Assembly: GCA_964584265.1 (NCBI GenBank)
Contig: CAZOZI010000005.1
Location: forward strand, 1 to 62,533
Length of the DNA stretch: 62,533 nucleotides
Origin: an uncultured Candidatus Saccharibacteria bacterium
GTDB taxonomy: Bacteria; Patescibacteriota; Saccharimonadia; Saccharimonadales; CAYVSP01
Direction of reading: 5' to 3'
The notes under the pieces are model-generated. The model was not told where the DNA came from. It did no database searches and was given only the letters and a program-made list of their open reading frames with translations. The position numbers and the translations under genes are program-made. Shown here in pieces: positions 27,412-38,100 of this stretch. The first letter of the stretch is position 1. Each line of letters starts with the position of its first letter.

Positions 27412-28161
27412 ATGTATACGCGTTCTAAAACCGCGAGCGAAATTGACGCTATGCGAACCGGCGGCCAAATGTTGGCAAGTGTACTTGCACTTTTAGATAA
27501 GCAGACACAGCAGGACATCACACCGCTGTATATGTCACAATTGGCTACTAAAGAGCTGAAAAAACTTGGTGGGGAGCCGGCTTTTAAAGGCTATCAAAAC
27601 TACCCAGATATTATCTGTATATCGGTTAATAACCAAGTGCAGCACGGTATACCAACTGCTAAGCCATTCAAAAATGGTGATATTGTTAATTACGACTTTG
27701 GCGTTCGCTACAAAGGCTTGATTACCGACGCCGGTATAACTGTCAAAGTGGGCAACATTAGTCCGCGTGTCAACCAATTGTTAGAGGGAACCCAGCGAGC
27801 ATTATTTGATGGCATAGAAGTTGTTAAGAATGGTTGTCACGTCGGCGATATATCGGCCGCCGTTGAAGCAACCCTTCGTCATTATCGGCTTGGTATTGTG
27901 CGTGACCTAGTTGGCCATGGCGTCGGCGATGAGCTACATGAGGATCCTAATATTCCTAACTATGGCATTAAAGGTCAAGGTTCAACCCTACAGACTGGTA
28001 TGACAATTGCAATCGAACCAATCAGCACACTTGGCAGCGATGAGATAACGCTTGACCACGATGGCTGGACACTCTGGACAGTTGATGGTAGCTGGTCAGC
28101 TCAATTTGAGCACACAGTTTTGGTAACAGAAAAGGGTTACGAAATTTTAACCACTCTTTAG
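27412..28161 (+). CDS. map: Methionine aminopeptidase type I
   Basis: CISVNNQVQHGIP, DAG, GHGVG...HEDP, IAIEP, FEHT. Confidence 0.95.
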   Translation: MYTRSKTASEIDAMRTGGQMLASVLALLDKQTQQDITPLYMSQLATKELKKLGGEPAFKGYQNYPDIICISVNNQVQHGIPTAKPFKNGDIVNYDFGVRYKGLITDAGITVKVGNISPRVNQLLEGTQRALFDGIEVVKNGCHVGDISAAVEATLRHYRLGIVRDLVGHGVGDELHEDPNIPNYGIKGQGSTLQTGMTIAIEPISTLGSDEITLDHDGWTLWTVDGSWSAQFEHTVLVTEKGYEILTTL

Positions 28162-28216
28162 TAAAGGTCGAAATACAGACGAGCTGTAACCTAAGCCCTT
28201 ATGGTATACTTGCGGC

Positions 28217-29461
28217 ATGCGCGATTCTTCGCCCAGCCATTTTTTTGGCTTGGATATTGGCACCAGCACTGTTCGCTGCATTGTTGGTATGCTCGATACT
28301 ACTGATACCAATAATGCCACACCAACACCCTCTATTATTGGACATGGTAGTGCCTCGAATATTGGTATGCGCAAAGGGGTGGTAGTACACGTTGATGATG
28401 TCGTTGAAGCCGTTTTACAAGCGCTTCAAGAGGCGGAGCGAGTCTCCGGGGTGCATATAAGCAGTGCTACTGTTAATGTAAATGGTTCCCACGTAGCTGG
28501 CCTTAATTCCAAAGGTGTTATTGCGATTAGTTCGGCCAATCGCGAGATTGCGTCGGCAGATAGGTTGCGGGTCGAAGAAGCCGCCACCATTATCCAGCTG
28601 CCCCCCAACCGAGAAATTATCCAGGTTTTCGCTAAAAACTATCGGCTCGATGGCCAGGATAATATTAAAGATCCTGTAGGCATGCAGGGAATTCGCTTGG
28701 AAGTGGATACGCACATAGTGACTGCTGCCACACCAAATTTACGTAGTCTCGATCAAGTGTTGGCTAACGCTCACATAACACCGAGTCATCATACAATTTC
28801 TAGCTTAGCTGCCGCTGAGGCTGTATTGAGTCGCCAGCAGAAAGAAGCTGGCACAGCATTGCTTGACATCGGTGCAGGCACCACAAATTTGGTAGTTATT
28901 GAAGACGGTGAGGTCCAACATGTTGCAGTCATTCCAGTTGGCGGCATCAACATTACTAATGATTTAGCAATTGGGCTTAAAACAGACTTAGATATTGCTG
29001 AAGCCGTTAAACTCCAGCACGCTACACTTAAAGAGCCAAAATCTAGCCTGGCACCCGTTGTTATTGATAAAATTACCCATCATTTTGAACGGGACGAAAT
29101 TTATATGATTACTGAAGCGCGGGTTGATGAACTGTTTGAATTTGTTGATAAAGAACTCAAACGAATACATCGTTCGCGTAAATTGCCTGGTGGCGTCGTG
29201 CTTGTTGGCGGCACAGCCAACTTACCTGGTTTGAGTGATTTTGCAAAGGCCAAACTGCAGATAGCGGCTCGCATAGGTAAACTTCAAGGAGTTAGCGGTC
29301 TTGTTGATACGGTTTCGGACCCAGCTTATATACCTGCTGTTGGTTTAATGATGCTTGACATGCTTCTTATGCCCGGTGCGGCGCATTCTGGTGGTAGTAG
29401 CGGCGGCAGAGCAATGGGGCTTTTAGAAAGCGTCCTAAAACGCTTTAAAAAGCACTCTTAA
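28217..29461 (+). CDS. ftsA: Cell division protein FtsA
   Basis: GLDIGTSTV, LDIGAGTT, VLVGGTANLPG. Confidence 0.95.
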   Translation: MRDSSPSHFFGLDIGTSTVRCIVGMLDTTDTNNATPTPSIIGHGSASNIGMRKGVVVHVDDVVEAVLQALQEAERVSGVHISSATVNVNGSHVAGLNSKGVIAISSANREIASADRLRVEEAATIIQLPPNREIIQVFAKNYRLDGQDNIKDPVGMQGIRLEVDTHIVTAATPNLRSLDQVLANAHITPSHHTISSLAAAEAVLSRQQKEAGTALLDIGAGTTNLVVIEDGEVQHVAVIPVGGINITNDLAIGLKTDLDIAEAVKLQHATLKEPKSSLAPVVIDKITHHFERDEIYMITEARVDELFEFVDKELKRIHRSRKLPGGVVLVGGTANLPGLSDFAKAKLQIAARIGKLQGVSGLVDTVSDPAYIPAVGLMMLDMLLMPGAAHSGGSSGGRAMGLLESVLKRFKKHS

Positions 29462-29589
29462 AATTCATTTATTTACTCGGACTCTTCAATATGGACTATT
29501 CAATAGAACACTTAATTGTTCGTTGAACTGAAATTAGTGTTCAGGTATACTGCAGTCCATAAAGTGTGAACCAAGGAGAAGCCAGAGAG

Positions 29590-30915
29590 ATGCCACAAGT
29601 AGCACCACCAATCGAAACATTTGCCCGAATTAAAGTCGTTGGTGTAGGTGGCGCCGGCGGTGCTGCGATCAACCGCATGGTTGATGCAGGCGTTGAAGGT
29701 GTTGAGTTTATCGCCGTTAACACTGACGCACAAGCCCTTCATCACTCCAAAGCACATACCAAGATTCACATTGGTAAGGAAACGACTCGTGGACTCGGTG
29801 CAGGGGCTGATCCGGTTGTTGGCCAAAAAGCAGCTCAAGAATCATTGGATGAGATCAAAAAGGCCGTTGAAGGTGCTGACATGGTCTTTGTAACCATTGG
29901 TGCTGGAGGTGGCACGGGTAGCGGTGGTGGCCATATAGTGGCTAAGGCCGCCGAAGAGGCAGGTGCACTGGTCGTTGGCTTCGCAACCAGACCATTTGCG
30001 TTTGAAGGTGAAAAACGTCGACGTAATGCCGAAGAAGCAATCGACAGGTTACGTCAAGAGGTAGACACTCTCATTACTATTCCTAACGATCGATTACTAC
30101 AAACAATTGATCGACAAACACCACTGCTTGAAGCTTTCAAAGTAGCTGATGACGTACTTCGCCAAGGTGTGCAGGGCATATCAGACCTCATTACGGTCCA
30201 TGGTCTTATAAACCTTGACTTTGCCGATGTTAAAACTGTCATGAAAAATGCTGGCTCAGCTCTTATGGGTATCGGTCGGGCCAGTGGGGAGAATCGTGCC
30301 GTTCAAGCCGCTCAACAAGCTATCGAATCGCCATTGCTTGAAGTCTCAATTGACGGTGCTCGAGGAATTATCTTTAACGTTATTGGCGGCAATGATATGT
30401 CAATGCACGAAATAAATACTGCCGCTGAGACAATTACAGCTGCCGCTGACCCTGACGCCAGTATTATTTTTGGCGCAACAATTAATGAAGATTTGGAAGG
30501 GGAGATTATCATTACCGTTGTTGCTACCGGTTTTGACGCTTCCTATTTTGCTGATCGACACAAGAAAACACACATAGGTAAACTACTCTCAGAAGAACAG
30601 CAGGAATCGGAACAGAAAGATGCCAAACTTGGTTCTGAGCAGGAAATGAATGATATAAATATGGACCTAGAACATTCCGATAAGGTCGCTGACTTTGACA
30701 GCGACGAGAACAACGTACCAAACATCTGGTCACTTAATCATGATGAGCATCCTGATACTAAAGAGGAAGATACTTCCAAAGAAGAGCCAGTCATATTCAC
30801 CAGCCCAGAAGAAGAGGAATTACAAAAGCCATCATTCTTACGTCGTCTTAAAAACCGTGGCAAAAAATCATCAAAAAAGGATGATGAAGAGCCAGATAAA
30901 AGTGACGAAGCATAA
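29590..30915 (+). CDS. ftsZ: Cell division protein FtsZ with long acidic C-tail
   Basis: [30 protein letters not shown]; start ATG 29590 or GTG 29566. Confidence 0.97.
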   Translation: MPQVAPPIETFARIKVVGVGGAGGAAINRMVDAGVEGVEFIAVNTDAQALHHSKAHTKIHIGKETTRGLGAGADPVVGQKAAQESLDEIKKAVEGADMVFVTIGAGGGTGSGGGHIVAKAAEEAGALVVGFATRPFAFEGEKRRRNAEEAIDRLRQEVDTLITIPNDRLLQTIDRQTPLLEAFKVADDVLRQGVQGISDLITVHGLINLDFADVKTVMKNAGSALMGIGRASGENRAVQAAQQAIESPLLEVSIDGARGIIFNVIGGNDMSMHEINTAAETITAAADPDASIIFGATINEDLEGEIIITVVATGFDASYFADRHKKTHIGKLLSEEQQESEQKDAKLGSEQEMNDINMDLEHSDKVADFDSDENNVPNIWSLNHDEHPDTKEEDTSKEEPVIFTSPEEEELQKPSFLRRLKNRGKKSSKKDDEEPDKSDEA

Positions 30916-30988
30916 CTCAATCTGTTTGTAGTTGCTTTTACAGTGGCAATTGGCGGCTTGAGAGGTAAATAATACACCAACAAAAGAC

Positions 30989-31043
30989 TTGAAAAGCGCT
31001 ATACATAGAGGTATGCTACGAAATGTAAACGCTATATCTAGGG
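30989..31043 (+). promoter_or_regulatory. Sigma70 promoter overlapped by tandem NrdR boxes
   Basis: TTGAAA (30989-94), 17 bp, TATGCT (31012-17); boxes GCGCTATACATAGAG (30996-31010) and ACGCTATATCTAGGG (31029-31043) resemble ACACWATATATWGTG, starts 33 bp apart. Confidence 0.7.
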
Positions 31044-31176
31044 ATATTGATACAGCTACGCACATTTATAAGTGAATACAATTTTACTTCAAACCTTTAT
31101 GAGCGCGTTGTGGAGCTAGGATAAAAATAGCAAAACTCAATGTGCATTATTTAGGTTTTGAGGGAGGAGATATGCT

Positions 31177-31704
31177 ATGCAATGTAGCCACTGTCACCAT
31201 GCTGATACCAAGGTAATAGAGTCGCGTGATGTTGCTGACGGCGAAGCCATAAGGCGCCGTCGTGAATGCATCCATTGCCAACATCGTTTTACGACATATG
31301 AAAGAATTGAACGACCTCAGCTCATCGTTATCAAAAATGATGGGACCCGGCAACTCTTTAATCGTGAAAAGCTCTTGAGCGGACTGTATCGGGCATGTGA
31401 AAAGACACCAGTTACCACGCTACAATTGGAACGTTTAGTCGCTGCTGTCGAGGAAGAGCTTTACGGTTGCGGCGATACAGAGATTCCATCTAGTAAGATT
31501 GGACAATTGGTCATGGAGCAGCTTGCCGAGCTTAATGATGTAGCTTATGTTCGGTTCGCCAGTGTCTACCGACGCTTTAAAGATATTGCGAGCTTCGAAC
31601 AACAGCTATCTAAAATTCGAGAGCTCAAAGCAGGATCATCAGAGAAGGATGAGTCTGCCCGTACCAAAAAGGCAATTGACCGAAAGCCGACCGTCAAAGT
31701 CTAG
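31177..31704 (+). CDS. nrdR: Transcriptional repressor NrdR
   Basis: CSHC...IRRRRECIHC...RFTTYE, ATP cone, AYVRFASVY. Confidence 0.96.
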   Translation: MQCSHCHHADTKVIESRDVADGEAIRRRRECIHCQHRFTTYERIERPQLIVIKNDGTRQLFNREKLLSGLYRACEKTPVTTLQLERLVAAVEEELYGCGDTEIPSSKIGQLVMEQLAELNDVAYVRFASVYRRFKDIASFEQQLSKIRELKAGSSEKDESARTKKAIDRKPTVKV

Positions 31705-31904
31705 AGTCCTTTGACGGCTGTCCAGCCCTATTTTGCCAGCAGATAAGGTTTATCTGCGGCCAAAGAAAAGATCAAAATAAGGTTGGGGAGCACATACGAA
31801 ACAAGAGAGACTTATTCGTAGCTCTAAACAAAAAATTACTTTTACAAAACTAACAAAACAGAACTATCTGTGGTGGCAGATAGGATAGAATTGAGGGCAA
31901 AATT

Positions 31905-34736
31905 ATGGCAGAGATAACCACACTAGGTTTACGACGCTTTTTTACCAAAAACGGCGAAAAGGCCTATGATCAATTAACTTGGGTAAAACGTGATTCGGTC
32001 ATCGTGAATCCAATAGCCAAGAAACCGGTTTTTGAGCAAAAGGACGTCGAGTTTACGGACGGCTGGTCACTAAATGCCATAAACATTGTGGCCCAAAAAT
32101 ACTTCACTGGTACACCAGACACAGCAGAACGAGAATCGTCTCTCAAAGAGCTTATTGATCGAGTTGTGGATACTATCACACGGACCGGCTTTCAAGAGGG
32201 TTATTTTGAGACCGAAGTAGAGGCTGAAGACTTTCGTGAAGAGCTAAAGTATATTTTAGCCACTCAACGGGCTGCTTTTAATAGCCCTGTTTGGTTTAAT
32301 ATTGGAGCGCCTGCTCGCTCCCAACAGGCCAGTGCCTGCTTTATATTGGGTATTGAAGATACAATGCCGGCTATTCTTAATTGGTATGCCGAAGAAGGCA
32401 TGATCTTCAAAGGCGGTAGTGGTAGTGGTATTAACTTGAGCGTACTTCGTAGCTCGGTCGAAAAACTTGGCAAAAGCGCTGGTACGGCATCAGGACCACT
32501 GTCCTTTATGCGTGGTGCAGACGCTTCGGCTGGTGCGATTAAAAGTGGTGGTAAAACACGGCGTGCCGCTAAGATGGTCATCCTTAATGTTGACCACCCT
32601 GATGTTGAGGAGTTCATATGGTGTAAAGCGATTGAAGAACGCAAAGCAAGAGTACTGGCTGACAACGGTTGGGATATGGACCTTGATGGTAAGGATGCTT
32701 TTAGTGTGCAGTACCAAAATGCTAATAACTCCGTACGAGTAACTGATGATTTTATGCGGGCAGTTGAAAATGATGAAGATTGGCACTTGAGAGCTGTTAC
32801 TTCTGGCAAAACAATTAAAACGATTAAAGCACGAGACTTGTGGCGTCAAATTGCTAAAGCAGCCTGGGAATGTGCCGATCCGGGACTACAGTTTGATACC
32901 ACTATTAACAGCTGGCACACTTCACCAAACGCCGGCCGAATTAATGCTAGCAACCCTTGTAGTGAATATATGCATCTTGATAATTCTGCTTGTAACTTGG
33001 CAAGCATTAATTTACTAAAGTACCTGCGAGAAGATAACACCTTTGATATTGAAGCCTTCAAACATACAGTTGAGCTAATGTTTAGTGCGCAGGAAATACT
33101 AGTAGGCTACAGCGAATATCCAACTCAAAGTATCACAAAGAACGCTAAAGCCTATCGAGAGCTTGGACTCGGCTATGCCAACCTAGGAGCTCTTTTAATG
33201 GCTCAAGGACTGCCGTATGACTCTGAGGAGGGCCGAGCTCAGGCTGCAGCTATGACTGCACTTATGACCGGCCATGCGTACTCTACCAGCGCTAAACTGG
33301 CCCGCCGGGTCGGACCATTTGCTGGGTTTGCCAAGGACCGCGACGGCATGCTTCGGGTACTTAAAAAACACCGTGAGGCCGTTTCTGAGATTGATGCCGG
33401 CTTAGTTAGCGAAGAACTGCTAAGCGCCGCTGCCAGTGCATGGGACGAAGCTGTTGAACTAGGCAATCTCTACGGTGTACGTAATAGCCAAGCTTCAGTA
33501 CTGGCACCAACTGGTACCATCGGCCTTATGATGGACTGCGATACCACTGGTATTGAGCCGGATCTTGGACTGGTTAAGGTTAAAAAACTGGTTGGAGGCG
33601 GTACGATGAGTATCGTTAACCAGACAGTTCCGCGTGCTCTAAGAGCGCTGGGTTACACCAAAACACAGACCGATGACATCGTGGGCTACATAGATCAAGA
33701 GAAGACAATTCTAGGAGCACCTAACCTGAAAAAGGAGCATGAACCGGTCTTTGCCTGTTCAATGGGAGATAATGCTATACATTACACGGGTCACGTTAAG
33801 ATGATGGGTGCTGTCCAACCGTTTATCTCTGGTGCTATTTCTAAAACAGTAAATATGCCCGAAGATGTCAGCGTTGAAGATGTTGAACAACTTCATCTCG
33901 AGTCTTGGAAGCTTGGTCTTAAAGCCGTAGCTATTTACCGCGACAACTGCAAGGTGGCGCAACCTCTTAGTATGGCCAAGAAGGAAGAAGACCGCCAAGC
34001 AGAACCAAAAGAAGAGCTACAGAGTGTCAATGAAAAATTCATCGTCAAAACTGCCGTTAGACGAGAAATGCCAAAACTTAGAAATGCCAAAACTTTTGCT
34101 TTCATAGTGGCTGGCAGTAAAGGCTATGTGACTGTTGGCGAATTTGAAGACGGTGCTCCTGGTGAGGTTTTCATGAAGATTGCTAAACAGGGTTCTACGC
34201 TTGCCGGCATTATGGACGCTCTGGCTATCAGTGTTAGTTATGGCCTACAGTACGGGGTGCCCCTAAAGAGCTATGTTCATGCACTTACTAACATGTCGTT
34301 TGCGCCAGCTGGTATTACCGATGACGAAGAGATTAGAATCGCTTCGTCCGTTGTAGACTACGTCTTTAAGCGACTAGCCTTGAGCTATCTATCGTTTGAT
34401 GACCGCTTAGAACTTGGCTTGGCCTCCATTGAAGATATGCCTGAAGAGCAAACCAGTTTGCTAGAGGGTAGTAATGTAACCACTGTTCAGGGGCTAACAC
34501 CGAAGGATACAGAAACTCAACCTATCACAAGTATGCCAGCAGCTGTCAACGAATCATTAATTGATGCACCTTATAGCAAATCAAAAGATGATGCAAATCG
34601 TGCAGCCATTCAAGAAGTAGCAACAACCAAGAAAGATGACACTGCTCCTATTTGCTACAACTGCGGTAATCAAACTCAACGAGCTGGTAGTTGTTACGTC
34701 TGTACAGCTTGTGGTAGCACTACTGGCTGTAGCTAA
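31905..34736 (+). CDS. nrdJ: Class II (adenosylcobalamin-dependent) ribonucleotide reductase
   Basis: AFNSPVWFN, SACFI, ASNPCSE, APTGTI, GAISKTVN; TSCPD-like domain and terminal Zn ribbon. Confidence 0.93.
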   Translation: MAEITTLGLRRFFTKNGEKAYDQLTWVKRDSVIVNPIAKKPVFEQKDVEFTDGWSLNAINIVAQKYFTGTPDTAERESSLKELIDRVVDTITRTGFQEGYFETEVEAEDFREELKYILATQRAAFNSPVWFNIGAPARSQQASACFILGIEDTMPAILNWYAEEGMIFKGGSGSGINLSVLRSSVEKLGKSAGTASGPLSFMRGADASAGAIKSGGKTRRAAKMVILNVDHPDVEEFIWCKAIEERKARVLADNGWDMDLDGKDAFSVQYQNANNSVRVTDDFMRAVENDEDWHLRAVTSGKTIKTIKARDLWRQIAKAAWECADPGLQFDTTINSWHTSPNAGRINASNPCSEYMHLDNSACNLASINLLKYLREDNTFDIEAFKHTVELMFSAQEILVGYSEYPTQSITKNAKAYRELGLGYANLGALLMAQGLPYDSEEGRAQAAAMTALMTGHAYSTSAKLARRVGPFAGFAKDRDGMLRVLKKHREAVSEIDAGLVSEELLSAAASAWDEAVELGNLYGVRNSQASVLAPTGTIGLMMDCDTTGIEPDLGLVKVKKLVGGGTMSIVNQTVPRALRALGYTKTQTDDIVGYIDQEKTILGAPNLKKEHEPVFACSMGDNAIHYTGHVKMMGAVQPFISGAISKTVNMPEDVSVEDVEQLHLESWKLGLKAVAIYRDNCKVAQPLSMAKKEEDRQAEPKEELQSVNEKFIVKTAVRREMPKLRNAKTFAFIVAGSKGYVTVGEFEDGAPGEVFMKIAKQGSTLAGIMDALAISVSYGLQYGVPLKSYVHALTNMSFAPAGITDDEEIRIASSVVDYVFKRLALSYLSFDDRLELGLASIEDMPEEQTSLLEGSNVTTVQGLTPKDTETQPITSMPAAVNESLIDAPYSKSKDDANRAAIQEVATTKKDDTAPICYNCGNQTQRAGSCYVCTACGSTTGCS

Positions 34737-34824
34737 TACCAGGTAGATTACCAAAGTTAGAGGATTGTTCTGCAAACTATAGCTGAAACTAAATAGTATA
34801 AATTTTGTATGCAGCTAAAAATAA

Positions 34825-34846
34825 AACTCATTTTGCTTGTGGATAA
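34825..34846 (+). repeat. Isolated motif copy (AACTCATTTTGCTTGTGGAT, 15/20) overlapping a perfect DnaA box (TGTGGATAA, 34838-46)
   Basis: Direct sequence match in an AT-rich 368-bp intergenic region. Confidence 0.45.
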
Positions 34847-35104
34847 ACTTGATAACTTTGCTAACTAATATTATGCAAGTTGTATTCGATACAACGCAAC
34901 AGAGTTAACAACGGTGCGGCTTAAAATATTACAACAATATCTACCCCTGTTGGTTCATTAACAGATAGAGCTTAAGCTTATATGTAGGTAGAATTACAAC
35001 GGAATTTTAACTATATTTTATCTCTGTTAATCTGTCTTGCTATGATTCTCATATCACTTTAGAATTTAGTAGTAAAACCCAAACCCTAAAAAAATAACAA
35101 AAAA

Positions 35105-38100
35105 ATGGATCAAGAAAGCGCGCAAGCGCAGAAAACTTACAGGGGCACGATGCCTATACCAGTGCTTATGCACGATGGTAATGGACAGAGTGTCCCTGTT
35201 AGTAAACCTGATGCTGTCTTCGCTGGACCTGGCGCTGCCGCGTTATCTTCCCTGGATCCAAGTAGTGGCATATCCCAAGTAAATACCGTGACCGATCCTG
35301 TTATTAGCAGTGTTGATGCTTCTTTTGCTCAAATTCCTAACAATCCCTTAGCGCAATCTTCAATTACCGGTGTAGCTACTGGACAACCTACAACCATGCC
35401 ATCTACAACAACTACGGGTACAGATCTTGAAGGAACGCCCGACTACACTTTACAAGCTACAGAGCCGAATGAAGTCTTGAAACCAAAACGGAAGATTCCA
35501 TGGCGGCTGGTTGCGGCAACAGCGGCTCTGGTATTGGTCCTTGGTGGTTTTGCTTCTGCTCTACTACTTGGAGTAGGCAGAAACGGAGCACGCACAGATA
35601 ACACCAATGGTTTAATTAGCCAATCTAGTGGCTTGTTGAGTCTTGACCAAAACCAACTGTTAACGGTAAATGGCCAATTAGTTGTTAAGCAAAACACAGA
35701 TCTGCAAACCGTAACGGCTCATGGCTTAGCTACTCTGTTACAGGGCGCTGTTATAACCGGTAACGTGCAAGTAAACGGTAGCGTGAGTCAAAACGGTAAC
35801 CCCGTTTGTGACCAATCAAACAATTGTGGTTATTTGACAGGCAATAGTGGTGTAAGCGGGTTTAATGGCCTTACGGGCGCTGTAACTTTACAGGGGACTG
35901 CCAATCAAGTTTCGGTTAGTACAGCTGGGTCTTCTGTAACACTAACAACACCTCAAGATATAGCTACAACAAGTAGTCCAAGCTTTGCCGGTGCAAGGTT
36001 GAGCGGGGCAAATGCCCTTACGCTCGGCAGTTCGGGCAACAGTAATGGCGCCATACTGTTCAAAAATGCCACCAATAATAGCACATTGACCTTACAGAGT
36101 GGCGTAGTCCCAAGTGATGTAACATTTACACTACCTACTACTGATGGTAGTAACGGTTCATGTCTACAAACGAATGGCTCTGGGGCGTTAAGTTTTCAAG
36201 CCTGTACGGGTGGGCCTGGTGGTGGTGTAACGAGTTTGACCGGTACTGCTCACCAGATATCTGTTTCTTCACCAACTGGGAATGTTACTTTATCGTTGCC
36301 ACAAGACATTGATGCCGCCTCTTCGCCGACCTTTAACGGCTTAACTGTTAGCGGTAGTGTGTTAAGCAATAATTTTGTAGAAGCATTGGCTGGTACAGAT
36401 CTAAACGTCAACGCTGGCTCAGATAATATTATATTCACCGCCAATGGCATAACATTTAACCTACCAAACTCTGGTCCTTCCTCTCAGACAATCTGTACCA
36501 CCGGCATCACCTGTGTTTCGGGTGGTGGTCAAGCCGTGGTCTTAGCTCCAGGCGCAGCCCAGACTGATACGTCCACTGATACTAGCATTCAAATTGATAA
36601 GACTGGAGCAAGTGGTAATCTGCTTGGCCTAACAGTTAATGGCGGCCAAAGACTCACGCTTGATTATTCGGGTAATCAAACTTTATCCGGTGACCTAGCC
36701 ATCAACGGTGGAGATATCACCTCATCAGTTCCTCTGACCATCAACGGCGGCGGTACACTTACACTCAGTAATGCTGTCTCAGCGCTCTCAACCCTAACAG
36801 TAGGCAGTACAGCTACGATTCAAGGTAGTAGCATAACAATTGGCAACTCATCACAAGCTGGCTCACTAATCCTTAATGATGGAGCATCTAACACAGCTAC
36901 CATTTCACCAGCCACATTAGGCCAAAGTACTGTCTATACATTGCCTGATCCGGGGGGAGCCAGCGACATTATCTGTTTACAAACCTTTGCTAACTGTAGT
37001 GGTAGTGGTGGTTTAAGCGGCAGCGGCACCAATAATAAAGTAGCTAAATTTACTGGAGTAAGTACTCTTGCTGACAGCACCATCACCGATGATGGTACCA
37101 ATGTGAGTTTGAGTGGTGACCTAGCCATCAACGGTGGAGATATCACCTCATCAGTTCCTCTGACCATCAACGGCGGCGGTACACTTACACTCAGTAATGC
37201 TGTCTCAGCGCTCTCAACCCTAACAGTAGGCAGTACAGCTACGATTCAAGGTAGTAGCATAACAATTGGCAACTCATCACAAGCTGGCTCACTAATCCTT
37301 AATGATGGAGCATCTAACACAGCTACCATTTCACCAGCCACATTAGGCCAAAGTACTGTCTATACATTGCCTGATCCGGGGGGAGCCTCAGCTAGTATTT
37401 GTTTAACTACGGGCAACTGTGCCGGTTCAGGGACTGGCGTAACCACTGTTGGCGGTTCCGCCAACAGAATAGCTAAATTTACTGGCTCTCAAGCCATTGG
37501 CGACAGCACCATCACCGATGATGGTACCAACGTTAGCCTAACAGGTGATTTAACCGTACAAGGTGGCGATGCTTACCTAGGCACAGCTTCATCAGCCAAT
37601 GGTATTATTCACCTTCAAAACAGCACCAATGCACTAACACTTAATCTATCTGCGCCTAATCAGACAGGCGGCAACGCTACTGTTTCAGTTCCAAATACCT
37701 CCGGAGTTAATGATACCTTTTGTCTCGCAACTCTTGCCAATTGTGCTGGGGGAAGTGGTGTTAGTGGCTCAGGCACAACTAATCGAGTAGCCAAATTTAC
37801 TGGTTCAACTGCCGTAGGCAACAGCACCATCACCGATGATGGCACTAATGTTAGTTTAACTGGTGCGCTTACAGTCCAAGGCGCCTCATCACTCACCCTA
37901 GGTACGGCCACAACCAACACTGGCGCTATCCTCCTCAAAAATGCTTCTAACAGTAATACCCTAACACTACAAAGCGGAGCAACCGGTAGTAACTTAACAC
38001 TTACACTGCCAACAGCAGACGGGATTAATGGGGATTGTTTGTTAACTAACGGATCTGGCGTGCTAAGCTTTGGAACATGTACTGGCGGTGGAGGGGGCAG

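Noticed and set aside
34737-35104. oriC
   Set aside because: Only one perfect DnaA box was seen, there is no dnaA/dnaN nearby, and skew could not be computed.
36952-37383. Poly-G phase-variation tracts in the giant gene
   Set aside because: Only G6 runs (encoding Pro-Gly-Gly), in frame and duplicated with the repeat; too short to support slippage switching.
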